A DNA stretch of 24,000 bases, from assembly GCF_021049285.1 (NCBI RefSeq), contig NZ_CP088017.1, positions 1,289,380 to 1,313,379 on the forward strand, read 5' to 3'. The position numbers and the translations under genes are program-made. Shown piece after piece: positions 1-7,013 of the stretch; position 1 is the stretch's first letter; the number at the start of each line of letters is the position of its first letter. The DNA is from Ruania halotolerans. GTDB lineage: Bacteria; Actinomycetota; Actinomycetes; Actinomycetales; Beutenbergiaceae. The notes under the pieces were generated by a model. The model searched no databases. It was not told the origin of the DNA and was given only the letters and a program-made list of their open reading frames with translations.

Positions 1-88
1 TGTCGGCCGTTGCAGCTGGCGGGACTCCTAGGCCCAGCGCAAGCGCGGTCAGTGCGACAGAAAAGGCCATCCGGCTTCGACGCCTCAC
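1..88 (-). CDS. 5' end of a secreted protein gene; only the signal peptide is visible and the gene continues past the window start
   Basis: GTG at 88..86 overlaps the TGA (87..85) of the upstream ORF as GTGA. The translation VRRRSRMAFSVALTALALGLGVPPAATAD has a basic n-region, a hydrophobic core and an A-x-A cleavage-like site. ATG at 70..68 is an alternative start. Confidence 0.45.
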   Translation of the reverse strand, partial: MRRRSRMAFSVALTALALGLGVPPAATAD

Positions 89-426
89 GACAGCACACTC
101 GGGTGGGATGAGGACGAGGTGTATCCCGCGATGATGCGACGGTCGTAGCCGCGTACTGCCCGTCGATGCCGGACGTGCAGCAGTGCTAGCCCCAGTATCA
201 AGCCGGTAGCGAAGAGGCCCAGCGCCGTGACTACGATCCTGGGGTCCGTGTGGCGGCCGCCTTCGATGATGGCGATCTCGTTGACGGCGACCAGCGCGGT
301 GGTGAGCAGATGGAGGCCACCGAAGAAGGCTAAGACGAGGGCTTCTACGGGTCCGTACTTCCAATGCTTGGTCAGCAGCCAGCCCCAGCTCAGTACGCCG
401 ATGACGGCGACAACTGCCTCCATCAT
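85..426 (-). CDS. small integral membrane protein (113 aa, about 3 TM helices), function unknown
   Basis: Complete ORF with a GGAG-type SD (GTGAGGAGAC) just upstream of the tandem ATG ATG. Three hydrophobic segments. GC3 is fairly high (about 80% by hand count). No family motif recognised. Confidence 0.6.
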   Translation of the reverse strand: MMEAVVAVIGVLSWGWLLTKHWKYGPVEALVLAFFGGLHLLTTALVAVNEIAIIEGGRHTDPRIVVTALGLFATGLILGLALLHVRHRRAVRGYDRRIIAGYTSSSSHPSVLS

Positions 427-571
427 GTCTCCTCACTGCTCGTCGTCTCACGGCTTTCGACGTGCGGTACTGCCTCCTGCGACGGATCGATGTCGCAGCG
501 CGTTTGTCGCATCGCCATCTAGGAGGACACGCCACAGCAGGAAGGGTCACGCAGTTCTGCGAAAGTCGTCT

Positions 572-587
572 CCGACAGCGCTGTCGG
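572..587 (-). terminator. 16-bp perfect palindrome CCGACAGCGCTGTCGG, 14 nt downstream of the DUF58 stop; possible weak operon-end hairpin or operator
   Basis: Read directly. It would form a 6-bp stem with a 4-nt loop. No convincing U-tract follows, so its terminator function is uncertain. Confidence 0.3.
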
Positions 588-600
588 GTGGCAGGTGAGC

Positions 601-1893
601 TCAGAGCCGGCCGGCGGCCTTCAGCGCGAGATAGGTGTCGGCCACGCCCGGGGGGAGCGATTCGGGGTCGCGCTCCACCACTTCGGCACCGGTACGACGC
701 AACCGGGTGGCGAGGGCATCGCGCTCCAGATCGCCGCGCTCAGCCGCCGCCGCGTCGAACACCTCGGCGGAGGTCTCGCGGGCACGCAGCAGCGCCGCCG
801 CATCCGGGTCCGTCGCGGAGGCGACGATCACCTGGTGATCCCGGGCGATCGTGGCCACGGCCGGCAACAGCCCCGATTCGGCCGCCCCCGCCTCCAGGCC
901 GGTGATCAGCACCACCAAGGCACGCTGGGAGAGCGTGTCCCGCACCGCCTGGGTGATCCGCGCCCAGTCCGGTTCCACCAGCGCAGGCGTCACCTGGGAG
1001 AGTGCGTCAGCGGTGGTGGGCATCACCGTGGCGCCGTGGGTTCCGCGCACGCGAGCCCGCACCGCGTCGTCCACGGCGATCAGATCCACCCGGTCACCTG
1101 CCTTAGTGGCCAGCGCGGCCATCAGCAGGCACGCCTCGATACCGGCGTCCAGACGCGGGGCCTCGCCCAACCGGGCCGCGGAGAGCCGCGACAGGTCCAG
1201 CACCAGCAGTACCCTGCGGTCGCGCTCGGGGCGCCAGGTGCGCACCACCACCTCCTGGCGGCGTGCCGTGGCCCGCCAGTCGATCGCGCGTACGTCATCG
1301 CCCACCACGTATTCGCGCAGCGAGTCGAACTCGGTGCCCTGCCCGCGCACGTTCACCGCAGTGCGGCCGTCCATCTCCCGCAGTCGAGCGAGCCGTGACG
1401 GCAGATGCCGCCGGGAGGAGAACTCCGGCAGCACCCGGATCACACCCGGGACCTCCTGGGACGCCTGCCGGGCAGCGAGCCCGAGCGGGCCATAGGAACG
1501 GATCGTCACCCGGTCGGCGTACAGATCGCCCCGCCGGCGAGGTCGCAGTGCCGTGCGCACCCGCTGCGACTCCTCCACACCGATCCGCAAGCGGTGCCGG
1601 TTCGCATCCGCGCCCGCCGTGGGCTGCCAGGCGTCGCGCACCACGCCACGCAAGGAACGCCGTCCGGTGTTGGTCAGGGTGAGTGTGGACTCGGCCCGTT
1701 CACCGCGGCGCACCGCACCGGCTGTGCGTCGCTCTACCTGAACGGCCGCGACCGACGCAGCGAGCACCGCATCCAGCGCCACCACCACGGCAACACCCGC
1801 AGCCCAGACGAGAACCGTCGTCACCTCTGGCACCAGCAGCACCGGAATGATGCCCAGTGCCACGAGAACAACGGTCCGGCCCGTGATCGCCAT
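601..1893 (-). CDS. DUF58 domain-containing protein (MoxR-associated, VWA-like fold) with N-terminal TM segments
   Basis: 430-aa ORF. It carries the signature stretch EYVVGDDVRAIDWRATARRQEVVVRTWRPERDRRVLLVLD typical of DUF58. Its ATG (1893..1891) overlaps the moxR stop as TGATG. Confidence 0.9.
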   Translation of the reverse strand: MAITGRTVVLVALGIIPVLLVPEVTTVLVWAAGVAVVVALDAVLAASVAAVQVERRTAGAVRRGERAESTLTLTNTGRRSLRGVVRDAWQPTAGADANRHRLRIGVEESQRVRTALRPRRRGDLYADRVTIRSYGPLGLAARQASQEVPGVIRVLPEFSSRRHLPSRLARLREMDGRTAVNVRGQGTEFDSLREYVVGDDVRAIDWRATARRQEVVVRTWRPERDRRVLLVLDLSRLSAARLGEAPRLDAGIEACLLMAALATKAGDRVDLIAVDDAVRARVRGTHGATVMPTTADALSQVTPALVEPDWARITQAVRDTLSQRALVVLITGLEAGAAESGLLPAVATIARDHQVIVASATDPDAAALLRARETSAEVFDAAAAERGDLERDALATRLRRTGAEVVERDPESLPPGVADTYLALKAAGRL

Positions 1894-3170
1894 CAGCGTG
1901 GAACCGGGACCGACCCGAGGATGCCGTCCAGCACGGACTCGGCGCTGATGCCCTCAAGCTCGGCCTCCGCACGCAGTTGCACCCGGTGCCGCAGCGTCGG
2001 GTGAGCGAGAGCCTTGACGTCGTCCGGGGTCACGTACCGGCGACCGGACAACCAGGCCCATGCACGGGAGGTGGCGAGCAACGCCGTCGCCCCGCGAGGC
2101 GAAACACCGAGGGAGAGCGAGGGCGAGGTGCGGGTGGCGCGGCAGATGTCCACGATGTAGGCCAGCACCTCGGGCCCCACTTCCACGGCGGCCACGTCCG
2201 CACGTGCGGCGGCCAGGTCATCCGGTCCGGCCACGCGGCGCACCCCAGCTGCCTCCAGGTTGCGCGGGTCGAAGGCGTGCGCGTGCCGGTTCAGCACCTC
2301 GATCTCGGCTGCTCGCTCGGGAATCGGGAGGATGAGCTTGATCAGGAACCGGTCCAGCTGCGCCTCGGGGAGGGGGTAGGTGCCCTCGTACTCCACCGGG
2401 TTCTGCGTGGCGATCACCACGAACGGCTCGGGGAGCATCCGCGGCTCGCCGTCCACGCTCACCTGACGCTCCTCCATGGCCTCCAGTAGTGAGGCCTGCG
2501 TTTTTGGGGGAGTGCGGTTGATCTCGTCGGCGAGCATCAGGTTCGTGAACACCGGGCCCTCCCGGAAGGAGAACTCGGCGGTGCGGGCGTCGTAGACGAG
2601 GGAACCGGTCACGTCACCGGGCATCAGATCCGGGGTGAACTGGACCCGCTTCATCTCCAGGTCGAGGGAGGCGCCGAGGGTGCGGGTGAGGAGCGTCTTC
2701 GCTACCCCAGGCACTCCTTCGAGGAGGACATGCCCGCGGCAGAGCAGGGCGATCACCAGGCCGGTGACCGCAGCGTCCTGCCCCACCACGGCCTTGGCCA
2801 CCTCGGTGCGCACCCGGGCGAGTGAGGCGCGAATCTCCTGCTGCGTCGTCGTCTCCTCCGGGGGAGCTGGTTGCGGCTGGGTGGGCGCCGAGGTGGGGTA
2901 CGCGGGTCCGTTCGGCCCTGCGCCCCCAGATTCAGCGGGCGCCGGTGCAGAAGGTGCAGCTCCCGACGGCGGAGGTTCAGCAGGTGGGGGAGCGGATGGC
3001 TGGTACTGCCCTGACGCTCCCTCGGGCCCCTGTGCGGCGCCCTGCTGGTTCGTGTTCTGCCCACCGTAGGGGTACGGGTCCTGTGGGCCCTGGTGGTCCG
3101 GCAGGGGGCTGTGGTTCGGCTGAGTGCTGTGGTCCGGCTGGTGGCCGGATTCCGGTGGGGTGGTGCTCAT
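1893..3170 (-). CDS. moxR: MoxR-family AAA+ ATPase with an N-terminal Pro/Gln/Gly-rich extension of about 110 aa
   Basis: Walker A context VLLEGVPGVAKTLLTRTL, followed by RVQFTPDLMPGDVTGS and FTNLMLADEINRTPPKTQASLLEAMEERQVSV (Walker B and sensor region), which is classic MoxR. The ATG at 3170..3168 overlaps the upstream stop as ATGA. Confidence 0.93.
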   Translation of the reverse strand: MSTTPPESGHQPDHSTQPNHSPLPDHQGPQDPYPYGGQNTNQQGAAQGPEGASGQYQPSAPPPAEPPPSGAAPSAPAPAESGGAGPNGPAYPTSAPTQPQPAPPEETTTQQEIRASLARVRTEVAKAVVGQDAAVTGLVIALLCRGHVLLEGVPGVAKTLLTRTLGASLDLEMKRVQFTPDLMPGDVTGSLVYDARTAEFSFREGPVFTNLMLADEINRTPPKTQASLLEAMEERQVSVDGEPRMLPEPFVVIATQNPVEYEGTYPLPEAQLDRFLIKLILPIPERAAEIEVLNRHAHAFDPRNLEAAGVRRVAGPDDLAAARADVAAVEVGPEVLAYIVDICRATRTSPSLSLGVSPRGATALLATSRAWAWLSGRRYVTPDDVKALAHPTLRHRVQLRAEAELEGISAESVLDGILGSVPVPR

Positions 3171-4348
3171 GTGCGATGAACCTCGCCTTCCAAGGTGTCC
3201 AGAGCGTTCGTCAGTGCGAGCAGTGATGCGTCGTCAGTGGGTGGTGGGCCGTACAGCAGTGAGTCGATCGCCTCCGGTGGCCGCCCACTCGCGCGGGCGA
3301 GGGTCTCGACCACCTCGGCAGGATCGGCCGTGCGAGGGATCCCGGTGCGGCGAGCCAGCCGCCGGATGGTGCCCGCCCGCAGTGCCGAACTCGCGTGCTC
3401 GACGGCACGGGCACGGCGGTACAGCCGCCCCCGCCCCCGGGTGGTCTCGGTGGCGCGAACCACCACCGGCAGGTGTTCAACCACCACGGGTCCCAGCCGG
3501 CGCCCGCGCCAGAGCACCACCGTGAGTGCCAGCAGCGCCGCCAGGGACACGAGCTCCGGCGGGAGCAGCTCCGGGGCAGCCTGGTCCGATCCCGTGGAGT
3601 ACGGATCGAGCGGATCGGGAACGTACCAGGTGAGCCGTTCGTGCTGGCCGAGTAGCCGCAACATCAGCGCCGCATTCCCTGCCTCGGCGATCCCCTCGTT
3701 GGAGAGCGGGTACGAGTTCGGCACGACCGACCAACGTTGCTGCCCTTCGGTCCAGGTGGCCATCGCGTAGGAGGTCTGATCCTCCTCACCCTCGATCGGG
3801 AAACAGCCCACGACGCCGTCGCTGACCTGCACGCCCGGCCCCGCCGTGACGATGTCCTCGGCCGCCGTGGCGTGCTCGTCCGCGCAGCGCGCGTCATAGC
3901 TGGTGTGAGCTCCGCCCCCGGTGGCCGTGACGTGGTCGGTGAGCGCCTCGATCGAGTCGAAGTCCAGGTTCACTATCACCAGATCGGCACCGACGCCGCT
4001 GAGCGCGCTGAGCTGCTCCTCGCGCAACAGAGCAGGGTCTGTGAGCAGCACCGTGCTTCCCGTACCGGCCGCGTCCAGCACGGCCTGGGTGGTGTGCACC
4101 TCCCGGACCTGCACGCCGTGCTCGCCCAGGATCTGAGCGGCCGCGCGGGCACCCTCCGGTTCCGGGTTGGTCGAACTCAGCGGCACGGAGCTGATCGGCG
4201 GGGCCAGCAACCGCAGGATCAGCGTGCCCAGCAACAGCATCAGCACGCAGCCGATCGCGATCAGCACGCCCTTGCGGTTCGACGTTCGCTCAGCTGCGCT
4301 GCTGCGCGGACTGTCCGCGAGGTCGCCACGGGCGAGGAACGTACTCAC
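3167..4348 (-). CDS. DUF4350 domain-containing membrane-anchored protein
   Basis: N-terminal TM helix and a C-terminal LPVVVRATETTRGRGRLYRRARAVEHASSALRAGT motif typical of DUF4350. The ORF is open to 4417, but GTG at 4348..4346 forms a GTGA overlap with the DUF4129 stop (4347..4345), so I prefer that start. Confidence 0.8.
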   Translation of the reverse strand: MSTFLARGDLADSPRSSAAERTSNRKGVLIAIGCVLMLLLGTLILRLLAPPISSVPLSSTNPEPEGARAAAQILGEHGVQVREVHTTQAVLDAAGTGSTVLLTDPALLREEQLSALSGVGADLVIVNLDFDSIEALTDHVTATGGGAHTSYDARCADEHATAAEDIVTAGPGVQVSDGVVGCFPIEGEEDQTSYAMATWTEGQQRWSVVPNSYPLSNEGIAEAGNAALMLRLLGQHERLTWYVPDPLDPYSTGSDQAAPELLPPELVSLAALLALTVVLWRGRRLGPVVVEHLPVVVRATETTRGRGRLYRRARAVEHASSALRAGTIRRLARRTGIPRTADPAEVVETLARASGRPPEAIDSLLYGPPPTDDASLLALTNALDTLEGEVHRT

Positions 4349-5004
4349 GAGGTGCCCACCACCGTCGTGCGCTGGCGCTCCGGGCGGGTGCTGCCCACCT
4401 GCCGGTCCACCGCACACAGACGCTCGTAGTCTGCTCGTGCCGGTGTCGTGTCACCGTAGTAGACCTCGTCGAACAGGCGTGATGCGGCAAGCAGATCCTC
4501 GGCGCAGGACGGGAGCCGCGCGCCGCCGTCGACGGCTGCTTCATGCGCCGTGCGGCCCGGACGGTCCTCGAGGATGGCGCGCTCATCCAGGGCGCGCACC
4601 ACGGCACGGAACCGTTCCAGCACGGCGAGTGAGAGGTCGCCGGCTCGAGCCGCCGCCTCGGCCGCCGCGCGCAGATCAGCCGCCGAACGGTCGTCATCGG
4701 CGCTCAGCACTTCGCTGCTGGCGGTGCGAGCCGCACGCCGACGCCGCACCGGCCCGCCGAGGATGAGTGCCACCACGACGATCACCCCGAGGGCGGCCAG
4801 CACGAGCAGTGGCACCAGCACCGGTCCGAGTGAGGTGTTCATCTCGGTGATACGTGCCCAGAGGCCCTGCAGCCACTCGATCAGCTGCTCCAGGAGAGTC
4901 GGGTCGTCGTTGTAGATGCCCTTGCTCAGCTCTGCCTCCGCCCACGCTCGCGCCTCGTCTGCGGACGGCGTGAGCGGGACGTCCCGCGGGTGCGAGCCAG
5001 CCAT
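4345..5004 (-). CDS. DUF4129 domain-containing protein (one TM helix)
   Basis: 219 aa. N-terminal DVPLTPSADEARAWAEAELSKGIYNDD, a central TM helix, and a C-terminal LLAASRLFDEVYYGDTTPARADY typical of DUF4129. It starts 4 nt after the upstream membrane-protein stop. Confidence 0.8.
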   Translation of the reverse strand: MAGSHPRDVPLTPSADEARAWAEAELSKGIYNDDPTLLEQLIEWLQGLWARITEMNTSLGPVLVPLLVLAALGVIVVVALILGGPVRRRRAARTASSEVLSADDDRSAADLRAAAEAAARAGDLSLAVLERFRAVVRALDERAILEDRPGRTAHEAAVDGGARLPSCAEDLLAASRLFDEVYYGDTTPARADYERLCAVDRQVGSTRPERQRTTVVGTS

Positions 5005-5008
5005 CGGC

Positions 5009-6241
5009 TCAGGCGGCCTCGGCGGCCCGGGCGAGCTCGACGTCCAACGCCTCGGTGCGAATCCGTACGTCGATGTAGAGCAGCGCGGTCACGGCGGCCA
5101 TGAACGGCGTGGTCACTGCCAGCGCCACCACGGTGCCGATCAGGCTGGAGATCTGGATCGCCGTGAGGCTGCCCATGAAAGCGCCCACGGCGCCGAACGG
5201 ATAGCTGAGCACGCTGGAGAGAATCCCGACCAGCAGCGCGGTGAGCAGGTAGATCCCCAGAATTCGCCAGAATGCCCGGCGGGTGAGCAGGAAGGAGCGG
5301 CGCAGCGCCGCGAAGATGCCCGAACGTTCCAGCACGAGGACGGGAGTGGCGAGCACGGTGAAGACGATCACCGCGATCATCGCCACCACCATCACCAGCA
5401 CTGCGAACACCGAGACCAGGGCGATCACGGCCGGCTCGCCGGTGAAAGCACTGAGCGCGATCAGGCCGGCAGGGACGGCGGCCGCCACGAGAACGATCAG
5501 GCCGATCACCAGGCTCAATCCGAGCAGGCGCAGGATCTGACCGCGAACGGCGGCCCACACCTGCCCGAGGCTCATCTTCCGCCCGATCACCGACTGGCTC
5601 ACCGAGTGGATCAGCAGACCCGTCAGCACCGTGGTGATCAGGAATGAGATCACCCCGGAGATACCGAAGCCGAGCAGTCCGGACTGGACGGTGGCGGTGA
5701 GGGTGTCCAGGCTCTCCATGTCGCTCATGGCGTTCGGATCCGCCACCAGCCTGTTCAGATCTTCGAGCATGCCCCAGGTGGCGATGCCCTGGACCGCCAC
5801 CGCGAGCGTGACGAGCACGGCCGAGAGGGCGAACATGACCGCGGGGTTCGCCCGGATCGAGCGGATTGCGCCGTCGTAGATCTCCCCGAGAGTGAGGGGG
5901 CGCAGTGGCACCACCCCTGGCTGCGGGGCGAACTGGCCACTTGGCGGATACGGCCCCGGGCCTCCGGCGCCATACTGGCCGTAACTTGCCTGCCCGCCGG
6001 GCGGTGCGGTGGGCACGGATCCCGGCGGCGGGTATCCACCCGGCGGGGGTGATGGTTGATACCCGCCTGGTTGCTGGTACCCGCCGGGCTGCTGACCAGG
6101 ACCAGGCTGCTGGGAGCCGTCGGGGTTCGGCGTGCCCCAGCCCTGACCGGGGTCGGGTGCGCCCCAGCCCTGGCCGGCGTCCGGAGCCCCCCAGCCGCTG
6201 GAACCCTGCGACTCGGGTGGTGGTTGCCCGGGATTCGACAT
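5009..6241 (-). CDS. polytopic membrane protein (GPDPase-membrane-domain-like family) with a Pro/Gly-rich disordered N-terminus of about 108 aa
   Basis: 410 aa. PGVVPLRPLTLGEIYDGAIRSIRANPAVMF is followed by about 6 hydrophobic helices, a pattern seen in actinobacterial proteins annotated as glycerophosphoryl diester phosphodiesterase membrane domain proteins. SD AGAGGA lies upstream of ATG 6241. Confidence 0.8.
   Translation of the reverse strand: MSNPGQPPPESQGSSGWGAPDAGQGWGAPDPGQGWGTPNPDGSQQPGPGQQPGGYQQPGGYQPSPPPGGYPPPGSVPTAPPGGQASYGQYGAGGPGPYPPSGQFAPQPGVVPLRPLTLGEIYDGAIRSIRANPAVMFALSAVLVTLAVAVQGIATWGMLEDLNRLVADPNAMSDMESLDTLTATVQSGLLGFGISGVISFLITTVLTGLLIHSVSQSVIGRKMSLGQVWAAVRGQILRLLGLSLVIGLIVLVAAAVPAGLIALSAFTGEPAVIALVSVFAVLVMVVAMIAVIVFTVLATPVLVLERSGIFAALRRSFLLTRRAFWRILGIYLLTALLVGILSSVLSYPFGAVGAFMGSLTAIQISSLIGTVVALAVTTPFMAAVTALLYIDVRIRTEALDVELARAAEAA
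6116..6196 (-). repeat. three in-frame 27-bp tandem repeats encoding GWGAPDAGQ / GWGAPDPGQ / GWGTPNPDG
   Basis: The plus-strand string GCCCCAGCCCTG recurs at 6134 and 6161 (27-bp period), with a degenerate third copy near 6186. The repeats lie inside the N-terminal low-complexity region of the 410-aa membrane protein. Confidence 0.7.
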
Positions 6242-6329
6242 GGTGTTCCTCTCACGTCATGCGCTACTCCCGCCATCTTCGCACGAGCAACTCCCGCCGT
6301 CCGACGAGTGGAAGTGCGACGATAGGGAG

Positions 6330-7013
6330 ATGAATGCACGCGTCTTGGTGGTTGACGATGATGCCGCTCTCTCGGAGATGATCGGCATCGTCCTGCAGTC
6401 CGAGGGTTTCGAGACGGAGTTCTGCGCACACGGATCGACGGCGATGGAGACATTCCACTCGGTGCAGCCGGATCTGGTGCTGCTCGACCTGATGCTGCCG
6501 GGAATGGACGGCATCGAGATCTGCCGCCGGATCCGGGCTGAATCGGGTGTTCCCATCATCATGCTCACTGCCAAAGGGGACACCGCCGATGTGGTCCACG
6601 GCCTGGAGGCGGGGGCCGATGACTACATGGCCAAACCAGCCAAACCCACTGAGCTGGTGGCCCGGGTACGAGCTCGGCTGCGCCACCGCGACAACGAGGG
6701 CACAGAACGGCTACTCATCGGGGATCTGGTGATCGACGTGCCCGGGCACCGCGTGACGCGGGGCGAAGAGACAATCAACCTCACCCCGCTCGAGTTCGAC
6801 CTGATGGTGGCCCTCGCCCGCAAACCGTGGCAGGTCTTCTCCCGGGAGGTGCTCCTCGAGCAGGTCTGGGGCTACCGGCACCAGGCGGACACCCGGCTCG
6901 TGAACGTACACGTGCAGCGGTTGCGCGCCAAAGTCGAACGTGACCCGGAGAATCCCGAGGTCGTGGTGACCGTGCGGGGCGTCGGGTACCGGGCGGGCAC
7001 TCCGGTCCAGTGA
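6330..7013 (+). CDS. mtrA: OmpR-family response regulator MtrA
   Basis: MNARVLVVDDDAALSEMIGIVLQSEGF...LTPLEFDLMVALARKPWQVFSREVLLEQVWGYRHQADTRLVNVHVQRLRAKVERDPENPEVVVTVRGVGYRAG is nearly collinear with mycobacterial MtrA as I recall it. 227 aa. The ORF-track start at 6240 is an upstream extension. The SD AGGGAG abuts the ATG, which is an unusually short spacing. Confidence 0.95.
   Translation: MNARVLVVDDDAALSEMIGIVLQSEGFETEFCAHGSTAMETFHSVQPDLVLLDLMLPGMDGIEICRRIRAESGVPIIMLTAKGDTADVVHGLEAGADDYMAKPAKPTELVARVRARLRHRDNEGTERLLIGDLVIDVPGHRVTRGEETINLTPLEFDLMVALARKPWQVFSREVLLEQVWGYRHQADTRLVNVHVQRLRAKVERDPENPEVVVTVRGVGYRAGTPVQ

Noticed and set aside
595-1682. Several long plus-strand ORFs (595..1398, 851..1495, 1263..1682) opposite the DUF58 gene
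   Set aside because: They are Arg/Pro/Gly/His-rich off-frame products typical of shadow ORFs in high-GC DNA. The minus-strand frame carries clear DUF58 family motifs and operon coupling.
4916-5647. 243-aa His/Asp/Arg/Gln-rich ORF (HRDHRHHHHQHCEHRDQGDHG) that looks like a metal-binding protein
   Set aside because: It is antisense to the hydrophobic TM region of the 410-aa membrane protein, so hydrophobic codons read in reverse give charged and His-rich codons. It has no SD or start context and is a composition artefact.
6240-6329. N-terminal extension of mtrA in the ORF track; similar extensions for the SBP (20658..20798) and SDR (20746..20922) genes
   Set aside because: The conserved protein cores begin at internal ATGs preceded by SD sequences (6330, 20657, 20923). 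The extensions have no family similarity and would consume the promoter regions.
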